From positions 6,118 to 70,117 of IMG/VR virus record IMGVR_UViG_3300044956_001213: DNA of 64,000 nt; one strand, written 5' to 3'. Source of the DNA: a virus. Both the position numbers and the translations under genes were made by a program. Numbering within the stretch: the first letter of the stretch is position 1; each line of letters starts with the position of its first letter. Positions 42,405-49,991 of the stretch are shown here, in pieces. The notes under the pieces were generated by a model. The model was not told the DNA's origin and made no database searches. It worked only from the letters and a program-made list of their open reading frames with translations.

Positions 42405-42598
42405 TTATTTCTAAATAATTGTTTTTTAATTTTTTTTAAAGCGCTAGGCTTATAGTAACGTTTTTTTAGTCTAAGTTCATCCAAAACCCCTGACTTTAAA
42501 AATTCTCTGCTAAATTTAATATACATTTTATCAAAATATGCTTTATCAGTACATTTTTGTTTATTTAGCGTTACCGACGCGTTAATTATCTTGCCCAT
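42386..42598 (-). CDS. rpsU: Ribosomal protein bS21 homologue
   Basis: 70 aa, basic; FDKMYIKFSREFLKSGVLDELRLKKRYYKPS matches the bS21 consensus (alrrFkr...kaGvl.E.r.r..YeKPs). Confidence 0.75.
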   Translation of the reverse strand: MGKIINASVTLNKQKCTDKAYFDKMYIKFSREFLKSGVLDELRLKKRYYKPSALKKIKKQLFRNKWKYYN

Positions 42599-42887
42599 TA
42601 AGCACTTTTCTTTTGTTATTGTTTAAGAATTTCATTATATATTTACTTTTATACAAACTTGATTCAAATTGCAAGAAAAATTTAATAGCAGCAAAATCGC
42701 TCTTTAAATCAATATATTCTTTAAATAATTCTCTATGAACACTGCTTTTAAGTAATTGTATTAACACGTTAGCTAAATTTAATTTTTTAGTATTTAAAAG
42801 AGTTACTAGTGTACAATAAGATAAGAATAAATGATTTTGTTCGTATTCAGTAATTTGCTCTGAAGGGTCGTAACCTTTCATTGTCAA
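42582..42887 (-). CDS. Hypothetical protein
   Basis: ORF track. Confidence 0.5.
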   Translation of the reverse strand: MTMKGYDPSEQITEYEQNHLFLSYCTLVTLLNTKKLNLANVLIQLLKSSVHRELFKEYIDLKSDFAAIKFFLQFESSLYKSKYIMKFLNNNKRKVLNGQDN

Positions 42888-42915
42888 AATTTAATTATTG
42901 AATATGAACAAGAAA

Positions 42916-44244
42916 TCAATTATCTAAAGATAATTTGGTCAAAGTATTAATAGTAGATGCGCTTGCTTCTGTGTCGTTAATATGCTCATCTTCAGTAATT
43001 GTAAGTGTCGAATAGTCAATTCGCATTGTACAATGACCGTAATTTGGCCCAAATCTATTTTTCATTAGACCCATTTTTACAATACCGAGTTCTTTATCTG
43101 TGTCCTCTTGCCAAATGCTCATAATTACATCGCCAGTCATAGCAAGACCCATACTTTCAGAAATGGTTTTTAATCCAGGGTCAGTAATCTGATACCCTTC
43201 ACGATTTAATTGTGTAGCAGAAATAATAGGGCAATTAAACACATAAGACAAAGCTCTAAGCTGCTCTGTACAAACTTTAATCCGCTCGTAACTAGAATCA
43301 CCTAATGTAGAGTGAAGAAGATTAACATAATCTAAAACTATTACATCTATCTTGATACCTTTTTGAACAATTTTCTTTATAAAAGCTTTAAGATGATTGG
43401 ATGTAATAGTCGCTGGTGGAAATTCTTTTATAATTACCTTAGACTCGGGCTTTTCAACGCAATATTCATTAATTTGATTCTTAAGAGTATCACATTCTAT
43501 TTTAAGTTGACCGAGAGGAATCTTTGTAACGTTGGAGTAAAGTCTCTTTGCATAAATTAGTTCTGGCATTTCAAGAGAAACGAGTAAAACTGTCTTACCC
43601 TGTGCAGCGATATTAAGAGTAATATTGCCTAGAAATATACTCTTTCCGATATTTGTTTCCCCAGCGAACAAATACAATGCTCTGCCGTCTTCTAAAAATC
43701 CCCCACCAATCTTATCATCAAGCCACTTCCATCCGGATGAAATGTATTTCTCATTTGAATTTAAATTAGCAACAACTTTATCAATATCACTAAATAAATC
43801 TAAACCGATCTCAGTAGCGAGTGTAATAGAACAAGCTTTTTCAAATTTAGATAAAATCTTGGATGTGTCAACTTCGCTTTTATTAATATCATCAACCACA
43901 TCCATCATTGTAAAATAAACTGATTTTTCTTTAAGAAATGTTTCAGTATTAGCAGCTAATTCATCACTATTAAGATTTTTATCTACATTACTAAACAGAG
44001 AAACAACATTTTTTAAAGAGGTTTTAAGCTCTTCTGTAATTAAATAAGATTTAATCTCGGTAATAGTTGGCTTTGTATTACGCTTTTCATAAAAATCTCG
44101 AATTATCGTAAAAACAGATTTAATATCTTTATTTTTAAAAAAACTAGGTTTCACATAGTCGATAATCGAAGCTAAATATATTTCATCCGTAAGAGATTTA
44201 TACGCTATAACAACTTCAAAAAAATCTAAGTCTAGTTTAGACAT
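42916..44244 (-). CDS. gp41: Replicative DnaB-like helicase
   Basis: GETNIGKS, SLEM, VLDYVNL, SATQLNR, ISES and KNRFG. Confidence 0.93.
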   Translation of the reverse strand: MSKLDLDFFEVVIAYKSLTDEIYLASIIDYVKPSFFKNKDIKSVFTIIRDFYEKRNTKPTITEIKSYLITEELKTSLKNVVSLFSNVDKNLNSDELAANTETFLKEKSVYFTMMDVVDDINKSEVDTSKILSKFEKACSITLATEIGLDLFSDIDKVVANLNSNEKYISSGWKWLDDKIGGGFLEDGRALYLFAGETNIGKSIFLGNITLNIAAQGKTVLLVSLEMPELIYAKRLYSNVTKIPLGQLKIECDTLKNQINEYCVEKPESKVIIKEFPPATITSNHLKAFIKKIVQKGIKIDVIVLDYVNLLHSTLGDSSYERIKVCTEQLRALSYVFNCPIISATQLNREGYQITDPGLKTISESMGLAMTGDVIMSIWQEDTDKELGIVKMGLMKNRFGPNYGHCTMRIDYSTLTITEDEHINDTEASASTINTLTKLSLDN

Positions 44245-44275
44245 CTATATAATAATATATTAAACTTTAAATTAA

Positions 44276-44959
44276 TCAATGAGACGAATATTCATTTAAA
44301 AATTTTTCTTGACTACTTACAAATTTTTCATCATTTATATTTAAAAGACCGGGTGAGTTGTGTGCAACCCATATAGGAACTACACCTAATTTAAGCATCT
44401 TGCTATTGGCATCTATACTGCTTGCAATATCATAGTGATGAAATTCATAATTTTCATTAAATTGCCATCCTGCATTTAGGATAGATTTTGTTTTTACACT
44501 AATAAAAAGACCATCAAGAATAGCCACCCTCGAGGGTGTTGGGCCAAAGCTTGTCATAGTTATTTGTCCTTTTGAATAAGGATGTGCAACAGCTCCTCTT
44601 AGATTACCGCTACCGAAACCACCGCACATTATATGCCATAAAGCAGGCTCTTTTATAGCAGGGTTAATTCCCCCAGCGAGACCAACTAAATCAAACCTCA
44701 AATGCCCGTCATGTAATTTGTCAACAACATTAAAGTCGTCTACATGTACATCATCATGAAGAAATACTATGTTATCATAATCAGTACCATATTCATTTAA
44801 AATTTTATTATAGTTATAGCTAAGTCCCTTGGTGTTATTACTGTTGTAATAAAGAGAGAAGTTTTTAGGAAATTTATTTAAAATCTTTTCTAAAGATTGA
44901 TGCGCTAAGGTATCCTTAGGGTTGTCTTTACGTGTGCAAAAATAAAATGCTGTTTTCAA
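44276..44959 (-). CDS. GT-A fold glycosyltransferase (GT2-like)
   Basis: GLSYNYN, VFLHDDV, VGLAG, ILDGLF and FHHYD; TTG start overlaps the amidotransferase stop. Confidence 0.75.
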   Translation of the reverse strand: MKTAFYFCTRKDNPKDTLAHQSLEKILNKFPKNFSLYYNSNNTKGLSYNYNKILNEYGTDYDNIVFLHDDVHVDDFNVVDKLHDGHLRFDLVGLAGGINPAIKEPALWHIMCGGFGSGNLRGAVAHPYSKGQITMTSFGPTPSRVAILDGLFISVKTKSILNAGWQFNENYEFHHYDIASSIDANSKMLKLGVVPIWVAHNSPGLLNINDEKFVSSQEKFLNEYSSH

Positions 44960-45636
44960 AGCGTAAAAAACGGTGAGTTGGGTTTAAATTGACCTACAGA
45001 AGTAAGTCCTTCTTTAGTTATTAAAAAAAGAACACCTTCCTCTAATGAAATGTACTCCTTCTCTTTAATAGATGAAAAATCATTTGTAATAAAATCTGCA
45101 TATAGCGTACTACCGGATCTCGCTAGATAGATATTAGTTGACTCCTGATTATATATCCAAAGCCCAAAAGTACCTTGCAGTTGTGAGAGAGCTTCACATA
45201 TAGCTTTTACTTCATCAGTTGTTTTCTTAAAACATTTATTTATTAATGGGGCAATAACTGATGAATCAACAACATTATACGATCTTTTATCTAATCTTTT
45301 CTTAAGCTCTTTATCGTTTGTAAGGACCCCATTATGCGCAACAATCCAGTTTTTGTATTGAAAGGGATGGCTTGTAGATGGAGAAAATTTTCTTTGTAAA
45401 GATGTAGGTGCTTGTGTATGTCCTAAAAAAATATTAAAATCGGTTATACTCTTTTTCTTTTTATCATATTCTATAACTAATTTATTAGTAAGAGTTACAA
45501 CACCGGGGCTCTTCAAGACCGCATGTACATGTGAGCCGACCAGCAACCCACCATAAGAGAAAGTACCCCTTTCCTTATTGCCTTTATAAAGCTTTACATA
45601 TGTTGTAAAATCTTTAGATCCAAATATACCGCAAAT
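44956..45636 (-). CDS. Class II (Ntn) glutamine amidotransferase with inferred ATT start
   Basis: (M)CGIFGS N-terminal nucleophile, ERG, GHTQAPT, SHPF, AHNGVLTN and DS. ATT at 45634-45636 directly precedes the Cys codon, 8 nt after AGGAGG. Confidence 0.85.
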   Translation of the reverse strand: MCGIFGSKDFTTYVKLYKGNKERGTFSYGGLLVGSHVHAVLKSPGVVTLTNKLVIEYDKKKKSITDFNIFLGHTQAPTSLQRKFSPSTSHPFQYKNWIVAHNGVLTNDKELKKRLDKRSYNVVDSSVIAPLINKCFKKTTDEVKAICEALSQLQGTFGLWIYNQESTNIYLARSGSTLYADFITNDFSSIKEKEYISLEEGVLFLITKEGLTSVGQFKPNSPFFTL

Positions 45637-45644
45637 AGTAATAA

Positions 45645-45683
45645 CCTCCTGATTTATTATATTTAAAAGAATAAATAATTCAA
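45645..45683 (-). promoter_or_regulatory. Promoter TTGAAT-N16-TATAAT plus Shine-Dalgarno AGGAGG for the amidotransferase
   Basis: -35 at 45678-45683, -10 at 45656-45661, SD at 45645-45650. Confidence 0.8.
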
Positions 45684-45684
45684 G

Positions 45685-46581
45685 ATGAATAAGGACTCGC
45701 AATTAATTTTCGAAGCATATCTAGAAAAAAAAGCTGCAATTTTAAAAGAAGCTCCTATTTATGGCGATTTAGACACTGGCTATACAGGTGATATAGAAAA
45801 AGCACCGGGCGATGGTTATGGTGTAGGTGCAGCTGCAAAAAGAGAAGGTAAGTCTAAGAAAGAAATAGCTGATAAACTTTTAAATGTTATTAAAACAAAA
45901 TTATTTAAACAAGTCAAAAATGTTGTAAACGGAAAAGAATATCAGTTATTTTACCCTGGCAGTAAAATGAAATTCAGATCAGATCTAGAGAAACTTATTA
46001 AAAATGAATTAAAAATAGGTGGTACACAGGCAAGATATACTGCTAGAATTGTAGATAATCTTTTAAATGTTCTAAGAGTCGATCCTGAAGGCGGAGTTGT
46101 TACTGAGCCTAGGCAGGTTGAAAAAGCTTTAGACGCCGGTGTTGAAGGTAAATCTACCGCAATAGAAGTACAGCCTTCAGCACCCGTCTCTACTGCAAAT
46201 AAATTTGTAAAAAATGAAAATGTTAGATTCATAAAAGAATGGCAGCCAATATTTATAGAGCTACCTGAAGAGATAGAAGTACAGAAAGGCGATTTGTATG
46301 ATTCACCTGAACTAAAAAATGAAGTTATAGAAGCAATAACGCGTGCTTATGACAAGAAGATGGCTTCAGATAACGAAGTTGTTCAAGACTTTATCGATTC
46401 GTTAAAATATAAAAACAGTTATGTTCCTTATACAGAGAAACCTGAAGGTGAGGGCTCAGGCGAGGTTGAAACAGTAGAAGAGTATCCTGAGGATGATGAT
46501 GCAACTGCAGAGCTACGAAATATGGGAGCTATTCCTGGCCGCCGGGGATATGATCCAGGTGGGTTTAGTTATAGTGACTAA
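45685..46581 (+). CDS. Hypothetical late protein (capsid-targeting-like N-terminus)
   Basis: ATAAATA at 45671-45677; begins MNKDSQLIFEAYLE...ILKE. Confidence 0.6.
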   Translation: MNKDSQLIFEAYLEKKAAILKEAPIYGDLDTGYTGDIEKAPGDGYGVGAAAKREGKSKKEIADKLLNVIKTKLFKQVKNVVNGKEYQLFYPGSKMKFRSDLEKLIKNELKIGGTQARYTARIVDNLLNVLRVDPEGGVVTEPRQVEKALDAGVEGKSTAIEVQPSAPVSTANKFVKNENVRFIKEWQPIFIELPEEIEVQKGDLYDSPELKNEVIEAITRAYDKKMASDNEVVQDFIDSLKYKNSYVPYTEKPEGEGSGEVETVEEYPEDDDATAELRNMGAIPGRRGYDPGGFSYSD

Positions 46582-46583
46582 TT

Positions 46584-46805
46584 ATGGCTGATGTAACAAT
46601 TTCAGATTTAGGTACCGGTACCCCTGTAGGGGGTGATGTAGTTCCATATTCAACTGGCACAAGAACAAATAAAGTTACAATTTCTAGTTTACCTGTTGCA
46701 TGGAGTTCAATCACAGGTAAACCTGCGGTAACTGTTAGCACACAAGCTGGTCCGCCTTCTAATACTGTCGGGAATAATGGCGATATTTACTATCAAGTTA
46801 GCTGA
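46584..46805 (+). CDS. Small fibre-like/adaptor protein
   Basis: MADVTISDL...GDVVP...TNKVT (fibre attachment-type N-terminus), WSSITGKP repeat unit and GNNGDIYYQ tip motif. Confidence 0.6.
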   Translation: MADVTISDLGTGTPVGGDVVPYSTGTRTNKVTISSLPVAWSSITGKPAVTVSTQAGPPSNTVGNNGDIYYQVS

Positions 46806-46827
46806 TAATAATTAAATAATTTAGTAT

Positions 46828-47745
46828 ATGTCTTTATATATTAAAAACGCTGGATCGTGGAAAAATATTAACAAGATATTTGTTAAAGATGCAAATTTAT
46901 GGAAGACTGTTAGTAAGGGGTGGATAAAGGATGGCGGAGTTTGGAAGCAATTTTTTAGTTCAGCTATTACAATCACAGGTACAAGATATAATATTAATTT
47001 AAGAAATGAATTTAATCAAGTTTATCCAGGTCAAACACCTACGGGTACTGTACAATTTATAGTAGATAATGCATTAATAGGAAGCTCGAGTACATCAAAT
47101 TACGCGTTGGTTACAGGTAATTGGCCAGGTGACGTAACATTAATTTTAACTATAAATTCTAATTCTATAATAGCTGGAGCGGGGGGTGCAGGTGGAATAG
47201 CTCAAGTCAGCAGCACAACGTGGAACGGCTATGCTGGACCCGGGAGATCAGGTGGGGCGGCAATTAATTTAAATTATAATTTAACTTTAAATAATTCTGG
47301 AATTGTAGGAGGAGGAGGCGGGGGGGGAGGAGGTGCTATGTTTACATTTACATATAACGGTGGATTTGCCATGTTTGCACTTGGCGGTGGAGGAGGGGGT
47401 GCAGGTATAAACGGTGGTGTAGGTACTACTACTAACTGTACAACTAATTGTAATGCTGGTGTCACAGGTAGTACACAAATTGGTGGAACGGGTGGAAGTT
47501 TTGCTTGGACTACTGGAGGTCTTTTTAGAGCTATTGGTGGTACTGGTGGTAATTTAGGTCAAGGTGGAACTGCAGGCACCCCTGCAAACGGATATGTGTA
47601 TCGAGGATCAAACTATTCAGGTAATATTGAACGAGTATATAATGTGGGGGCATCCGCATCAGGTGGTAGTGCGGGAGCAGCAATAGTAAGAGGGGGATTT
47701 ACATTAACAGGCACTACAGGTGATATAAGAGGTGCAATTACCTAA
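46828..47745 (+). CDS. Glycine-rich receptor-binding adhesin (T-even gp38-like)
   Basis: Trp-repeat N-terminus (IK..G.W x3); IAGAGGAGG...GGAAI...LNNSGIVGGGGGGGG polyglycine motifs separated by variable loops. Confidence 0.7.
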   Translation: MSLYIKNAGSWKNINKIFVKDANLWKTVSKGWIKDGGVWKQFFSSAITITGTRYNINLRNEFNQVYPGQTPTGTVQFIVDNALIGSSSTSNYALVTGNWPGDVTLILTINSNSIIAGAGGAGGIAQVSSTTWNGYAGPGRSGGAAINLNYNLTLNNSGIVGGGGGGGGGAMFTFTYNGGFAMFALGGGGGGAGINGGVGTTTNCTTNCNAGVTGSTQIGGTGGSFAWTTGGLFRAIGGTGGNLGQGGTAGTPANGYVYRGSNYSGNIERVYNVGASASGGSAGAAIVRGGFTLTGTTGDIRGAIT

Positions 47746-48478
47746 TTACTTCACACTTATATTTTTCCCAAGGTATTGAGATTTTATAAGGTAATGGGTC
47801 TATATATCCTGCATCCAAAAAGCCTTTTATTCTCAAAGAACATGCAGTGCATTCACCGCATGCTTGTTCTTGACCTTCATAGCAAGTCCAAGTGTTACTA
47901 AAATTTACACCAAGCTTTATACCGATTTTTATAATTTCTTCTTTAGATTTGTCAATTAAAGGTGCCTGTACTGTAATTCTGTTTCTCCGGTTGAGAGCTG
48001 AAACTTTATTAATTTGCTCGAGAAATTCTTCACTACCATCCCAAAACCCTGCAACGCTATCAGCTTGTGCAGCTCCATGAAAAACAGTGCTAGCTCCTGC
48101 ATTCTCCGCTATTGCCAGGGATATACTAAGAAGCATTAAGTTTCTATAAGGAACATAGTTTACCGTCTGAGGATCACCCATTACATCCTTGGCCTTAGCT
48201 ATGGCAATCTTGTTATTGAGAAGTGAAGATATTTGACAGACATCCTTAAAAAACGGTAAATCTATACGCCGATATTCAACAGGCATATCAAGCGATTCAA
48301 TCTGGAGAGCAGCACAGTTTAGTTCCTTGTCCTTATGCTTTTGTCCATAATTATAGCTAATAGCTACTATTTCATCATAACGACTAGCCGCTAAATGTAG
48401 CAGCACAGTACTGTCCATTCCCCCGGAAACGGGGACTACAGCTTTACTCGACGGGTTCTTCTTCGCCTTGCGCTTCAT
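47738..48478 (-). CDS. queC: QueC-family ATPase (7-cyano-7-deazaguanine synthase-like)
   Basis: SGGMDS, YGQKH..E, VPYRN, APL and TWTCY...CGECTAC..R. Confidence 0.9.
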   Translation of the reverse strand: MKRKAKKNPSSKAVVPVSGGMDSTVLLHLAASRYDEIVAISYNYGQKHKDKELNCAALQIESLDMPVEYRRIDLPFFKDVCQISSLLNNKIAIAKAKDVMGDPQTVNYVPYRNLMLLSISLAIAENAGASTVFHGAAQADSVAGFWDGSEEFLEQINKVSALNRRNRITVQAPLIDKSKEEIIKIGIKLGVNFSNTWTCYEGQEQACGECTACSLRIKGFLDAGYIDPLPYKISIPWEKYKCEVIR

Positions 48479-49562
48479 TTACGTTATATTTGTATTCTTC
48501 AGCCAAGCGCTTGTCGAGTTCAGGAATAATGAATTCCTCGTAAAAAGCGGGGTCTTTTGCAAAAGTCTTTGCATAACCGAGTTTATCTCCCTTTTTATAC
48601 TTACCACTTGTTACACCAACAGTATACGTTGCGCCGTTTTGTTCAACGATGCCTCTTACTGCTGCCATACCGAGCAAACCGCTATACTTGTTGAGACCAG
48701 TCTTAAAAGAAAGATACATTTCTGTCTCTAAAAACGGAGGAAGAAAGCGATTCTTTACAGTTAATGCTCGAAGGGTTGTACCACTATATTTGTTTGCTTC
48801 AGCGAGTTTTTTGTCATCAGTATCCATTGAATCACCTTCGCCTTCCTTCTCATGGCGCTTGGCAAGCTGTACAAGAATACTAGCCATATACACCGGACCT
48901 GAGCCACCAGCCTGATTCTTTACAAGACTAGGAAACATTGCAGACGGATCATCGTATGTGTGGTTTGTAAACAGAATCGTCACACCGGCCTTAGCTGCCT
49001 TAAAAGTTAAAGTACGAAACATACTCTTTAAAGACTTTGCACGGAGTCCCATATCTGAGGCGGATTTATCTTTAGCAACATCATCTAACTCTTTTTGCGA
49101 AGCTAGATTACCAAGACTATCAATACTAATAATAAACCTACCTTTTGCATCATTCTCTATAATACTATCAAGTAAAGCGCTAACTTGATTTCGACACTGA
49201 TCAATAGTATCTACTGGTACATATTTAGTATTTTTTGAATCTAACCCAACACCTTTAGTACTATTTTCATCAATAGCAATTTCTGTATCAAATATGACCG
49301 GAGTAAGGCCTTTCTTTTGAGCAGTGGCAAGAATTTTATTAACAATAAATGTTTTGCCAGTCTGGCTAGGCCCAGAAAACCCAATTATTCTTCCTTTAGG
49401 AACGCCACCAGCCCTACAACTACCGCCAAGTATAGCGTTAAGAGCGTAACATCCAGTATCAAACCACTCATCAACTTTACTAAGTGCATTTTCGTTTAAA
49501 AAAGAAGCTTCAGAATTTAGTTTATCTAGTGATGCAAATATCTTATTAAGATCTTTACTCAT
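48444..49562 (-). CDS. uvsX: RecA-like recombinase
   Basis: DTGCYALNAIL, GPSQTGKT, FDTE, IDSLGNL, NHTY and GGSG. Confidence 0.92.
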   Translation of the reverse strand: MSKDLNKIFASLDKLNSEASFLNENALSKVDEWFDTGCYALNAILGGSCRAGGVPKGRIIGFSGPSQTGKTFIVNKILATAQKKGLTPVIFDTEIAIDENSTKGVGLDSKNTKYVPVDTIDQCRNQVSALLDSIIENDAKGRFIISIDSLGNLASQKELDDVAKDKSASDMGLRAKSLKSMFRTLTFKAAKAGVTILFTNHTYDDPSAMFPSLVKNQAGGSGPVYMASILVQLAKRHEKEGEGDSMDTDDKKLAEANKYSGTTLRALTVKNRFLPPFLETEMYLSFKTGLNKYSGLLGMAAVRGIVEQNGATYTVGVTSGKYKKGDKLGYAKTFAKDPAFYEEFIIPELDKRLAEEYKYNVNEAQGEEEPVE

Positions 49563-49596
49563 ACTCTTATTATAAAGAAAGTAGAATTAAAAACAA
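49563..49596 (-). promoter_or_regulatory. Sigma70-type promoter TTGTTT-N16-TATAAT-N6-ATG (leaderless)
   Basis: -35 at 49591-49596; -10 at 49569-49574. Confidence 0.7.
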
Positions 49597-49604
49597 GTAA
49601 TAAA

Positions 49605-49955
49605 TTATTCGTCAAATAACTTAATAACAGGCTCATGAGAAGTGACAGCAGGAGCCTTACCAAAAAGTTTATTATACTGATCTAAGAGCCTAGTATCGTT
49701 ATCAATATCTACACCTAAAACAATACTAGCAAGATTGAACTTCCAGACTGTACCTTCGTTGCGGGCCTTTTCACCGACAAACTCTCTAAAAAAGACAGGA
49801 ATTGTCTGAACGTTAAGCTGTCCGTTCTGTGTGGGTTGCACGTGAATAATGGCGGGATTCTTAACAGTTAATGTAGTTTTGTCTACAGAAACTTGCTCCG
49901 CTAAAATTGTTCTTCCAATATGGTCAATAAATGTTACAATAGTTGTATCGTTCAT
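49605..49955 (-). CDS. Hypothetical protein (Sm-like beta fold possible)
   Basis: Own promoter TTGATT-N16-TAAAAT-N6-ATG; GRTILAE...LTVKNPAII. Confidence 0.6.
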   Translation of the reverse strand: MNDTTIVTFIDHIGRTILAEQVSVDKTTLTVKNPAIIHVQPTQNGQLNVQTIPVFFREFVGEKARNEGTVWKFNLASIVLGVDIDNDTRLLDQYNKLFGKAPAVTSHEPVIKLFDE

Positions 49956-49991
49956 GTAGTTATTTTATATTAGTGTAGAGTAAAATCAACA

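Noticed and set aside
44956-45702. ORF-track start at 45702 for the amidotransferase
   Set aside because: It would add 22 residues before the catalytic Cys, lies upstream of the predicted promoter and overlaps the divergent gene; ATT at 45636 fits better.
46803-46830. Readthrough or frameshift fusing the 73-aa fibre ORF to the adhesin
   Set aside because: Three consecutive stops (TGA TAA TAA), a different frame, and the adhesin has its own TAAATA motif and ATG.
47738-48478. QueC as part of a Qat or CBASS-type defence operon
   Set aside because: No neighbouring KAP ATPase, TatD, cyclase or TGT genes; the context is the phage replication module.
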